Positions 1 to 10,689 of a stretch of DNA of 64,000 bases are shown in pieces. This stretch comes from Eledone cirrhosa (lineage: Eukaryota). Position numbers and translations under genes: made by a program. Each line of letters begins with the position of its first letter. Position 1 is the stretch's first letter. Under the pieces are notes generated by a model. That model saw only the letters and a list, made by a program, of their open reading frames with translations. It had not been told where the DNA came from and searched no databases. The DNA is taken from contig OZ024747.1 in assembly GCA_964016885.1 (NCBI GenBank), forward strand, positions 310,001 through 374,000, read 5' to 3'.

Positions 1-127
1 ACCTTTTAAAAATAAATTTATCTTGAAATTTTGAATAAAGTATTGAAATTAGAATACGATACATACATACACACACATACATACATACACACATACACAC
101 ACATACATACACAAACATACATTCATA

Positions 128-300
128 TATGCTGGCTGCCATCTCATTATCGAGTATGGCCATTGCACAATATAACATTATTAATAATTATCAATTAGTG
201 CTATCGTGCAATGCCTGTGCATGAAGATTTTTTTTTAAAGTAAGGAAAGACAGTGCACTGAGCAAATCCCACTCTCTGAGTAACAGTATCTATAACAGAA
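128..300 (-). mobile_element. Fragment of microsatellite-associated SINE-like repeat (same family as 14961-15232)
   Basis: Shares ttatcgagtatggccattgcac...gcaatgcctgtgc.tgaagat...gtgcactgagc.aatcccactc with 14961-15100; abuts a (TACA)n tract. Orientation inferred. Confidence 0.6.
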
Positions 301-3226
301 TCCATGGAGGCTATGGGTTTGGTACTAGAAATGAGGGAGGCTTCAGAATCCTGGAATTCTGTGACGCTAATAACCTAACTTAAAAAAAACGAGACAATCA
401 CTTGATCACCTATAGATCAGAGGAACACGCCAGTCAGATAGATTATATCCTTACCAGAAGACGTGACAAAGTGTCTGTTGTAAACACTAAATCCCTCCCC
501 ATTGAAGAATGTACCTCCCAACATAGCCTCATAGTTAGTGACCTCATAGTCAGGACTAGATGTACGTGACGACAGAGGAGGCTACCTTGGGGAGAAGAAT
601 ATGGAAGTTGAAGGACCCCACAGCCAGTAACAAATTTAAAAGCATATTACTTGATGCTTTTGACAGTAAGTAAGAGCAATTAGAGACATACAATATAGAG
701 GAACAGTGGGAATTCTTGAAAGTTAACCTGCTGAAGGCGACAGATGAAATCTGCGGCTGGAGCAGGCCTATAGGCAGGAGGAGAGTAACTTGGTGGTGGA
801 ACAGTAAGGTGGAGGAGACAATCAAGGGCAAAAAGCAGGCTTGGAAAGTATGGCAGGATGGGGGAAGTAGAGAACACTATCAAGTGGCCAGGAGAGAAGC
901 TAGGAGACAAGTGTACTTTGAAAGAAGGGAAGCAGAGGATAGAAAGATCAAGCATGTTCTACAACGCGAGGACCAAAAACGTGAGGTGTTCAGGATTGCA
1001 AGACAATGTGTCAAGGAAAACTATGATATTGCCGGGGAGAAGTGTGTCCATAATGATGATGGTGTACTTGCCCTCACTGATACTGATAAGAAGGTAGCTT
1101 GGAAGTGTCACTACGAGAGGCTACTAAATGAGGAGAATGGGAAAAAGATAGTCTGCCCCAAATCGATCCATTAGAGGGACCAGCGGTGCAAGTTAAAGGT
1201 AGTATAATAAGTAAGGCAATCAAAGATATGAAGACAGGCAAGACAGCTGGGCCTTCAGAGATAGTTGCTGAGATGTTGAAAGCATCTGGAATGGTGGGAC
1301 ATACTATGGTCACCCGGATAGTGAACCAAGTAATACAGAATGGGGTCATACCATCATCATTTACTGCTACAAGGGTAAAGGAGATGCCTTAGATAGGGGA
1401 AACTATAGAGGCATTAAGTTAGTTGACCAGATCATGAAGGTCACAGAAAGAGTTATAGCACAACTAATCAGAGATCGAATTGATCTAGATGAAATGCAGT
1501 TTGGGTTTCTGTCAGGTAAAAGTACCACAGACGCTCTTTTCCTTGTACGACAACTACAGGAGAAGTACCTAGCTAAAAATAAACCCCCTCTACTTAGCTT
1601 TTGTTGACTTGGAAAAAGACTTTGACAGAGTCTCCCACTGCATTATCTGGTGGGCTCTTAGAAAACTAGGTGCAGATGAATGGCTTGTGAGAGCTATACA
1701 TGCCATGTATAAAGAAACAGTCAGCAAGGTTAGAATTAACAATGAATATAGTGGATAATTTCGCATAAAAGTTGGTGTTTATCAAAGCTCTGTCCTTAGC
1801 CCCCTACTATTTATTATTGTCCTTCAGGCTATAACAGGAGTTTAAGACTGGCTGCCCATGGGAACTTCTATATGCAGATGATCTAACTCTCATAGCTGAA
1901 TCTATGGCTGAACTAGAGAAGAAATTCCAAACATGGAAGCATGGCCTAGAATCAAAAGGCCTTAAAGTTAACTTGTCTAAGACTAAAGTTCTAGTATATA
2001 GAATGGAAAATAGGGCACAGGTGCTTTCTGGGAAGTGGCCATGCTCAGTGTGTAGGAAAGGAGTAGGTAAAAATTCCATTTTATGTCCCAAATGCAAACT
2101 ATGGTTACATAAAAGTGGTAGTGGGATCACAGGTAAGCTATCTAAGAACGTAGATTTTATATGTGGCCGATGCTCAGGTGCAATAGGTAGCAATTGCCCA
2201 CAGGATACTAGCTCCTTCTATTGCCCAGATGGTTCTATAGAAACAGTGGACACTTTCCGTTACCTGGGTGACAAAATCAGCAGTGATGGAGGGTGTTCTG
2301 AAAGTACAGTAGTTAGAGACAGAACAGGATGGAAAAAGTTCAGAGAGCTTATACCGCTGTTGGCCACAAAAGGTTTCTCTCTAAAAATGAAAGGCAGATT
2401 GTATGATGTCTGCATACGAACAGCAATGTTACATGGCAGTGAGACATGGGCATTGTATGCAGAGGACCTACGCAGACTGGAAAGGAACGAAGCATGCATG
2501 CTCCGCTGGATGTGTAAAAGTAATATACGTGAACGGCAAAATATAAATGAACTAAGTGAGAAATTAGGAATAAGAGGGATCAGATGCTGTTTACTTGAGA
2601 GAAGACTACATTGGTATGGTCAAGTGATGCGCATGAAAGACAACAGCTGTATAAAAAAGTGTAGGGCAATCAAAATTAATGGAATTTACGGAGTAGGTAG
2701 ACCCAGAAAAACCTGGGACGATTTGATAAATTCTGACCTTACACACTTGCACCTCTCTAAGACAATGTCACTGGACCGAGATCTTTGGCGCCATGCAGTA
2801 ATACAGAAGACCCACCTTGCCTATGTACAAAGCAAAACCTGCAGTCACTAGGCACCTCCTAACCAAATATACACCCAAACCCACTACCCCTACTCCATCC
2901 CCCCACTCTCACCAACACCACCCTTTCTCAGTAAAGTTATGTTGGTACCACAACATCCAGTCCAAACTTATGAGGTTGTGTAGGTGTCACAACCAAAAAA
3001 CACAGTCCACGCTGTAATGTGGCTGTGTAGGTAACATGGTAAAAACCTCGCAGTCCACACTGTAAATGTGGTTGGTGTTAGGAAGGGCATCCTGCCATAG
3101 AAAACCTGCCAGATAGTCCTATATGAGCGAGACACGGTCACCCAACCAATCTTTCCTCAAGTGGGACAATTCCTGTCTAACCCATGCTAGCGTGGAAGAT
3201 AGACGTTAAACGATGATGATGATGAT
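301..3226 (+). mobile_element. Degenerate RTE-clade LINE (endonuclease end, RT, Cys-rich insert, 3' UTR with (GAT)n tail)
   Basis: Frameshifted ORF pieces: TWWWN, KTAGPSEIVAEMLK, NYRGIKL, AFVDLEK, WELLYADDL, KWPCSVCRKGVG..CPKCKLWLH, KGRLYDVCIRTAMLHGSETW, GRPRKTW; ends gacgttaaacgatgatgat. Confidence 0.92.
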
Positions 3227-3344
3227 ATATATATATATCAACAGCCGATCAAGAAGATCCCAGATATCATTCGCTTAACGAGTGGGGTGGAGCTTGTCAC
3301 ATTGGACTGAAGAAACAATGTTTCTATTTTGTCTTTCCAATTGC

Positions 3345-3486
3345 TAATACTATCTGTTAGTCGCAAACCCAGGTAGATGGAGTAATGTAAAATAAAGAGA
3401 CTTGCTCAAAGACATTACACATCGCCCGGTCTGAGAATCGGAACCACAACCTCATAATTGCGTATCCAATTCTCTAACCACTCATG
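3345..3486 (-). mobile_element. tRNA-derived SINE fragment; related copies at 4660-4785 and 52140-52270
   Basis: Reverse complement reads gtggttagag...ggttccgattc (A-box/B-box-like) followed by gtcttgagcaag-type body; 3230-3486 is similar to 4565-4785. Confidence 0.6.
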
Positions 3487-3573
3487 TATGTATAGAGTGT
3501 GTGGTGCTGAGACGAAGAAGATCATTAATCATGGGAGTACTCTATGTATGGGGAGATGGGTAGAGAGATATCT

Positions 3574-3646
3574 AAAATCTGGACCGTGGCACCAAATGGT
3601 TTCAGCTTGATAAGTCGAAACCATTTGGTGCCAAGGTCAAGATTTT
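3574..3646. repeat. Imperfect hairpin/inverted repeat
   Basis: aaaatctggaccgtggcaccaaatggtttc ... gaaaccatttggtgccaaggtcaagatttt. Confidence 0.85.
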
Positions 3647-3744
3647 TCATATGTCTGCTTCTGTATACGTACACACACACACACATATATATATATATGC
3701 TTATATATTCATTCTAATGTATATATATACATATATATATATAT

Positions 3745-3853
3745 AGTCCTATATGACTGAGACACGATCACCCGACCAATCTTGCCTCAAATGGGACAAA
3801 TCCTGTCTAACCGATGCTAGCGTGAAAGATAGACGTTAAACGATGATGATGAT
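3745..3853 (+). mobile_element. Short 3'-end copy of the RTE LINE
   Basis: Near copy of 3115-3226, ending in (GAT)n. Confidence 0.85.
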
Positions 3854-4022
3854 ATATATTTCGAACTTACAAAGCACTGAAGAAAATGTAGGATGCTCAA
3901 GAGCATAAAATAACTGCAATTACAGTCAGTTGCTATGAGATAGCTTATAAATATTGGGTAAAGATCCTTTAGAGATTGAAGATGTTGTATATATATATAT
4001 ATATATATATTTATTAAAATAA

Positions 4023-4096
4023 CAGATTAAAGTTTAAGCAAAGAATCGCTGCTTTCACCCTTAACGGGATCTTCTGAAACTAACAAAGTCAATCTG
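4023..4096 (-). ncRNA. Type I hammerhead-like ribozyme motif, family A (variant core CAGAAGA)
   Basis: Reverse-complement copy of the motif at 4123-4196. Confidence 0.6.
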
Positions 4097-4122
4097 TGAA
4101 CGCGGAAGTGAATATGCGTTCA

Positions 4123-4196
4123 CAGATTGCCTTTGTTAGTTTCAGAAGATCCCGTTAAGGGTGAAAGCAGCGATTCTTTGCTTAAACTTTAATCTG
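4123..4196 (+). ncRNA. Type I hammerhead-like ribozyme motif, family A (variant core CAGAAGA)
   Basis: Stem I agttt/aaact plus distal cagattg/taatctg; core CAGAAGA; stem II t-ccc-gttaa-ggg-t; GAA; stem III agca/tgct; cleavage triplet CUU. Confidence 0.6.
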
Positions 4197-4825
4197 TTAT
4201 TTTAATAAATACTTCCTCTACGGTTGATATATATTTATCCTTATCGAGCCCTCTTTGGATTTTAGTCTTCAAATTTATTATTATTACTATATATATATAT
4301 ATATATATATACACATTCATATATATGTATGTATATAATCTTACAATATTTTTATATATACATAGACACACACACATGTACAATATATATCATTATAATT
4401 TAACGTCCACTTTCCCTGCTCGTAAGGGTTGGATGAGTTTTCACACACACAAACACACACGTATTTTTATAAATATATATAATTGTTTCTTCATTTGACA
4501 CAAATATATATAATGAACGAAAGAAATTAATTAAAATAATGTGCAAGTTTTCATGTTTATATATATATATATCAACAGTCGATTGACTTTTGTCAAATCG
4601 GACTGAGGAAATGATGTTTCCATTGGTCTGTCTAATTGCTAATACTCTCTATTGGTCGCAACTCCAGGTAGAAGGACCAATGTGAAATAAAGTGTCTTGC
4701 TCAAGGATATAACGCATCACCCGATCTGGGAATCGAACTCACAACCTGATTGCGAATCCAATTCTCTAACCACTCAGCCACACGTCTATGTGTATAAAGA
4801 AACAAACTTCAAAGCCGAGAATATA

Positions 4826-5066
4826 ATATCATCATCATCATCATCATCATCACCGTTTTACATCCGTTCTTCCATGCTAGCATGGGTTAGACGGGTTGTG
4901 GGCAGTGTCTGGTCGGCTGACCATGCCTTGCTCATACAGGAACTGATTTTGGCTTGATTTCTACAGCTGGATACCCTTCCTATCACCAAACTCATTTACA
5001 GTGAGTGCTGGGTGCTTTTTCCGTGGCACCTACACGTCCACTTTACAGTGTGGGCTGGGTGCTTTT
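4826..5066 (-). mobile_element. RTE 3'-UTR-derived SINE or 5'-truncated copy
   Basis: (CAT)n followed by reverse complement of ...aggaagggtatccagctgtagaaa...cccatgctagcatggaa. Confidence 0.75.
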
Positions 5067-5182
5067 TATATATGTATATAGTAGTAATAATAAATTTGAA
5101 GACTAAAATCCAAAGAGGGCTCGATAAGAATAAATATATATCAAATATATAAGAGCCGTAGAGCAAATATTTATTAAAATAA

Positions 5183-5256
5183 CAGATTAAAGTTTAAGCA
5201 AAGAATCGCTGCTTTCACCCTTAACGGGATCTTCTGAAACTAACAAAGTCAATCTG
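5183..5256 (-). ncRNA. Type I hammerhead-like motif, family A, in sense orientation of the Naiad PLE 3' end
   Basis: Same sequence as 4023-4096; about 100 nt upstream of the element/(TA)n junction. Confidence 0.65.
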
Positions 5257-5319
5257 TGAACGCAGAAGTAAATATTTCAAAAAACGTTGCAACCGGAGGA
5301 AGACAGGAAGACGATACTT

Positions 5320-5598
5320 TGGTTCGTGGAAACGTTCTCTGGCAAAGAACGGGAAAAAACGAATATAATACATCCTTATTTGGAGCGGTGAAAAACAATT
5401 ACACGCAAAGACAAAACCACGTTTATGGTATAAAAGAAGTCGTAGACTAATATTCTATTAGGTGGTTCATAGAGACGTTCTCTGGCACTGAACGGAAAAA
5501 ATGAAGATAATACGTCATATGTGGAGCGGGGAGAACAATTGCACGCAAAGACAAAACCATGTAAATGGTATAACTGAAGTCGTAGACTAAAATTCTAA
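5320..5598. repeat. Two diverged tandem copies (~140 bp) in the PLE 3' UTR
   Basis: tggttc..acgttctctggca..tggagcgg..cacgcaaagacaaaacca..gaagtcgtagactaa.attcta occurs twice. Confidence 0.8.
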
Positions 5599-6285
5599 CT
5601 AGGAAACCGAATGATTCTCGGCTTCAGAGTTAAGAATAAAGTAAATAAAATACAGAAGTAATTGAAATTAAATAAATACATACACGCATCCAATACGTAC
5701 ATACACAAGCATACGCGAAAACACTCGCCATAGGTATACAAATACACGCACGTACACAAAAAAAAACGCCCAAAAAACCCTGCATGCACATACAGAACCC
5801 ACGCAACGCCTGTACCTGCACGCATACGAATGTATACACCAAATACACATAAAAATATATATAAAAAAAAAATATATATATATGTGTGTGTGTGCGTGTA
5901 TACATATAATGAAATAAACGTATATAAATAAATAAATACCTATATAACAAGCGCACACACATACCTACAAGTAAATACACATATGTTCGGAGACGTACGT
6001 CAACCAAAACACAAAGTACACATATACACACACCCTACATACGTAAGAACTTGCATACTCACACAGTCGCAAAACTCGCATATACACATAACCAAAAGCA
6101 TATGTACCAGAATATATAATATATACGCCATAACATATACAATCAAATATACATACGAGAAAGTATACGTACCTTCACAAAACATACTGGTAATATATAC
6201 TTACCTATACAAATAAGTAATGGTATAAACGTAACATATACTTAGCTACCACATCAAGACGTAAAATATCCGTGTATAGTTTGTA

Positions 6286-7866
6286 CTATCCGTTAGGGTA
6301 TAATGTGGGGCTGTAATACAGGAAAGTTTTGTGCAATTTATGTTTACAAGCTGAAATCGCCTCAGATTTTTTGTTTAAGATGTGGTCTTTGGCGTAGAGT
6401 ATTTCCAGGGCCTCAGCGGCGCAGAGGTCACATGGTCTTTTATTTCCGTTATACGATCTAGCCTTAGCTAGGATCTCCCAGTGTAACTTATATTGGGTGT
6501 GGTTGTCTTTTAGACTCCAGATATAAGCTGAAAGTGACATCATATTCCTACTTAAAGGGTTACAAAAAGAATGGGTATGCATGTAAAAACGCTGCTTGAA
6601 TCTATTGGCAGTTAACCCTATGTAGGCCCTACAGGACGTGGGTGTTTCAACCTTACATTTGTAGACAATGTTACTAGAGAGGCATTTTCCGGATAGGGGG
6701 CAGTCAACCCGATTCCTACAATTACAGTTAGTACTAACTACAGGGTTGCACGTGTTCCTATGGCTAGGTAGTTTAGCTAAATTTGAAGCTGTGATGTTAT
6801 GTGCAAGGTTAGGAGTCATAGAGTAAGAAATTTTAATAGTATTTCTATTAAAAATTTTACTATATTTATGTGTAGGGGAAAAATGCACCATAATAAGGGA
6901 GAGAAAGACCTTAGCTTATGGTGTGGCCACCTCCATATATGGTGGGTTATACCATATAATGCATCGGGATCTATTTCTTCTAGGTCTATTCTCGTACTCT
7001 GTATATGCTACCTTATCGACAAATCCATTCCGAGCAAGAGCTTCATTGTAATAAGTGGAATGGTCGTTGAAAATATGCTCGTTAGTAGATAGACAGGAAA
7101 GCCTCAAGAAACGTTTCTTACCAGGTTCTTGGTTATGCTGGCAGGATGGTTAGAATGCTTACTTATGTAATTAAGCGTATCATTCGGCTTTCTATACGGG
7201 TAATGCAAACCATTCGATAAATTGAGGGTAACGTCGAGGTAATTAACGACCGAGAGGTTGGCCTCAACCTGTATGGAGAGGTTGAAGCCTTTAAAGAAGG
7301 CTGTGAGTTCTTTTCTGAACCTGTCGCAAGTACGTGGGCCGCACTTAGTCATGGTCAAAAGACCATCATCACGGTACAAAACACCGCCCACGTTGGGGAA
7401 TTCTTCCTTGATAGAGAAAAGAAGGAAAAAGCCGATAAGATCAGTAACCTCCGCAGAATCGCTGGCGCCCATACTCACGTCGAATGGGGTACTATTAGAT
7501 TTTTTAATCCAAATAGAGTCGTGGAAATTAATCACCAACTTACGGGCATTGAGGATGACATCAACTTCGAAATCCTTAGCCACTGTGAGTGTTTTAGCGA
7601 AATTGATAGCTCTAAGAAGAAGTGGTAAAGTGATGGAGGAGTAGTAATTATTGATGTCAAATTGGATAAAATGGCAATGTTCCTTGTTGCATATGCCGTG
7701 GAACCAATCAATCACCGCGAAAGAATTGTTTCACAGTGCAAGAGTTGCCAAAATTCTAATTTCAAGTATAATTCTATCAAGAATCCTTTTACTAAGTCTA
7801 CCTAAATCGGACTTCGTAGGGTTAATAAGCCGAATAGAGGGGTTGTTTGGAAAATTGGATTTTTGA
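6286..7866 (-). pseudogene. Disrupted PLE RT/GIY-YIG reading frame
   Basis: In-frame TGA at 7731-7733, 1-nt frameshift near 7105, in-frame TAA at 6916-6918. Confidence 0.88.
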
Positions 7867-7876
7867 TAAAGTGCTT

Positions 7877-8058
7877 AAGTGTAGAAATGGTATAACGATA
7901 ACTTATAAAATAGGGTGAAGACCCTTAATAGATGTAAGAAGAAGTTGCCATCGCCTACTATAAGGAATTGAACCGGTATCTGGTGGGCAACTTCTTCTTC
8001 CATCTTTTAAGGGTCTTCACCCTATTTTATAAGCTATCTTTATAGCATTTCTGCACTT
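7877..8058. repeat. Imperfect inverted repeat (~73-bp arms) at the PLE 5' truncation point
   Basis: aagtgtagaaatg..ataaaatagggtgaagacccttaa..agaagaagttgcc mirrored by ggcaacttcttct..ttaagggtcttcaccctattttat..catttctgcactt. Confidence 0.85.
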
Positions 8059-8218
8059 TATTTATATCTACATACATATACGCACACACATATATATATT
8101 ATAAAATGACAGGAGGCTGGGCGGGTGTAATTCCTTAAAGGTTTATTATACTATGAACATTTCAATGAGTGGTGAACCAACAAACCTAAATGAATATATA
8201 TATATATACATATATATA

Positions 8219-8255
<37 letters not shown>

Positions 8256-8399
8256 CTCAGTGCTTCAAAAGCTGCAAATTTGGCTTTGTACATTGTTTCT
8301 TTATATATATATATACATACACACCTAGACGTGGTATGACATTGGTGAAATGGTGGAGTGCATTACAACAGGCTACAGAAATATACACACTGTATGAGA

Positions 8400-9030
8400 G
8401 CTTGTACAGCTGCTGTAGTTGCAATTGTTGTTGTTGTTGATGTTAATTCATAGATTGCTGATGATGTCATACACATCACCACCATCATCATTATCATCAT
8501 CACCACCATCCTCATTGTCATCATCATTATCATCACTACCATAATCATCACCACCCTCACCACCCTCACCACCACCACCACCACTACCACCACCACCATC
8601 ATTGTGTGTGTGTGTATGTGTGTTTGTTGGGTATGTGTGTATGTATATGTGTTTGGTATGTATGTGTTGGGTGTATGTGTGTGTTGTGTGTGTGTGTGCT
8701 GTGTGTGTATATGTGTGTGTGTGTATATGTGTGTGTTGGTGTGTGTATGTATATGCATGTGGATGTGTATGTGTGTGTATGTATGTATATGTATGTGTGA
8801 CCTGTCAGTTACTCATCCCAGGTACCTGTAAGCATGTGGGCATTCTGGATGTGAAAAAGTGTTTGTGCTAGCACACGTGTGTGTATATATGTGTTCAGTG
8901 TGTGTATATGTATGTGTGTGTGTATATGTGCATGTGGATGTGTGTTTGTATGTGTGTGTATACATGTATGTATGTGTATGTATGTATGTATGTATGTATG
9001 TGTGTGTGTGTGGATGTGTGTATACATAGA
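8400..9030. repeat. Compound microsatellite (CAT/CAC)n then (GT/GTAT)n
   Basis: Direct inspection. Confidence 0.9.
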
Positions 9031-9042
9031 TCCATATATATT

Positions 9043-10260
9043 TTAGTGTGTCAAAGGCCTTCTCTAGATCAACGGAAGTTAAATTTAGCAGCTTATTCCT
9101 AGCTAGGAACTTCTTTTGTTGCCTCACTAAGAAGAGGGCATCTGTAGTACTTTTTTTAGGAATGACACCAAACTGCATCTCATCTAATTTAACTCTTTCC
9201 CTAATTAGCTGCGCTAAAACACTTTCTGACACTTTCATAACTTGGTTTATTAGTTTCATTCCTCTATAGTTGCTCTTTTCCAGAACATCACCTTTGCCCT
9301 TGTAGCAATTTATAATTGTACTGCTGAACCTGTCATTGGGTATGACTCTGTCATGTATTATCTGATTGACTAGGCAGGTTACTCTGACCCTGATGCTTTT
9401 CACATCTTTGATGGTCTCACAACTTTACCATTCTTCACCTTTTTGATTGATTCTTTGACCCTATAACTGTCAATTTCAATTGAGTGGGTTGGGGCTAGTC
9501 TCTCTTCCTCCCAATCATTCTCTACATTTATCAGCCGCACACAGTAACATTTCCAGGCCTCTTTCTTTTGAGCATCAGTGGTGCTAAATGCACTGCTGTC
9601 ATTTCTAACACAATTTCCCCCAACAAAATCCCAATTCACACTGACACACAGCCTTGCAATGTAGAATCACATCTCTGATCCTCATATTGCAAGGCATTGG
9701 CAAAGTTTCATTCTTCAGCCTCTTTCCGAGCTATGCATACCTGTTATCTAGCTTCTCTTTTAGCTACCTGGTACTTGTCTCTACTAACCCCATTTTTCCA
9801 GTCTTTCCAAATCTATCTTTATCCAGCATGCTGTTCCACCACCATCAGTAGTTCACAATATGTTGTCACATAAGTATTTCCAATTGTTCTCAATGCCATA
9901 TGTATCTAACTCATCTCCCTTCTCAACAAATGCAACCCATAGGACCTTTTGAAACATATTGAACAGAAAGGTCTTTTAGCTTCCAAACCTTCTGTTTCCA
10001 TATTTTCCTGTGTATCTTGTTCTGGCTTGTTTTTAACCTGATGTCACTAATAACTAACTTGTGTTGGGTTGTACATTCTTCCCCTGTGAATGCTGCAGCA
10101 CTTATTAGTGTCTTACTATCTCATATTACAAGTAAGAACTGAGTCTGGTTTGTGTGTTCACCTGATTGGTATGTGAACAGGTGGCTGGCCAGTTTCCTGA
10201 AATTTGTGTTGCAGATCTTCATTTGCATCAGAGAATGTATACAATATATATTCTCCCTCT
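9043..10260 (-). mobile_element. Old RTE LINE fragment (EN end to RT start), related to the family at 301-3226
   Basis: INCYKGKGDVLEKSNYRGMKL, LDEMQFG, STTDALFLVRQ, SVDLEKAFD; EAWKCY..RLINVENDW. Confidence 0.85.
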
Positions 10261-10689
10261 CTCAGCTCATTATGTCTATTTAGGATTTTAACATGCAAAC
10301 AATAAAAAAAATTCAGGTTTATATACTCCACCTCCTCTTTACATTTCTTCTTGGATAATCGTCGTTGGTCCTCATCTCTATCTCTTCTTTTTTCTCTCTT
10401 CTTTTGTCTCTATCTCTTCTTTTGTCTCCCATCTTTTGTCTCTATCTCTTCTTTTCAGTTGCAGCACATTGGTGTGTAGCATATTATATCTTATTTGTAA
10501 ATAGTTAAAAGAACAACCGTATTGTCTAGTGTCCATTTGTTACTGACCCATGAGCACTGAAGTCACTTGTATCAATCTTAAAGTTCTGAAATAGCGTATC
10601 TCCAGTGATCGACAGTTCAGTTGGGAATGTTTGTGTTTTGTTCAATTTTACATCGTCTTCACCCATATTTTATGTATATGTGTGTGTAT

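Larger units (their letters stand above)
4008..4211. repeat. ~95-bp-arm inverted repeat made from the Naiad-PLE 3' end (pLTR)
   Basis: 4008-4103 is the reverse complement of 4117-4211; 4117-4290 is also an inverted copy of 5081-5263; flanked by (TA)n. Confidence 0.92.
5081..7866 (-). mobile_element. 5'-truncated Penelope-like retroelement, Naiad-type (RT + C-terminal GIY-YIG, long 3' UTR with hammerhead motif)
   Basis: Minus-strand protein: NNPSIRLINPTKSDLG, QFDINNYYSSI, SMGASDSAEVTDLIG, YRDDGL, YLDVTL..YPYRKPN, IIWYNPPY, CNCR..CPLSGKC, IVYKC..YIGLT..FKQRFYMH, CDLCAAE, LNKKSE..CKH. 3' end abuts (TA)n. Confidence 0.9.

Noticed and set aside
3574-3646. Hairpin as a ribozyme or pre-miRNA
   Set aside because: Only a GAAAC-stem half is present, with G at the cleavage position; no independent support for a miRNA.
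3870-3950. CTGAAGA-containing segment
   Set aside because: No properly placed GAAA, stem III or stem I partner.
6286-7866. Selenocysteine recoding in the Naiad-type element
   Set aside because: The in-frame TGA at 7731-7733 falls where Trp is expected, the TGA at 7104 results from a frameshift, the other stop is TAA, and the conserved Cys codons are intact.
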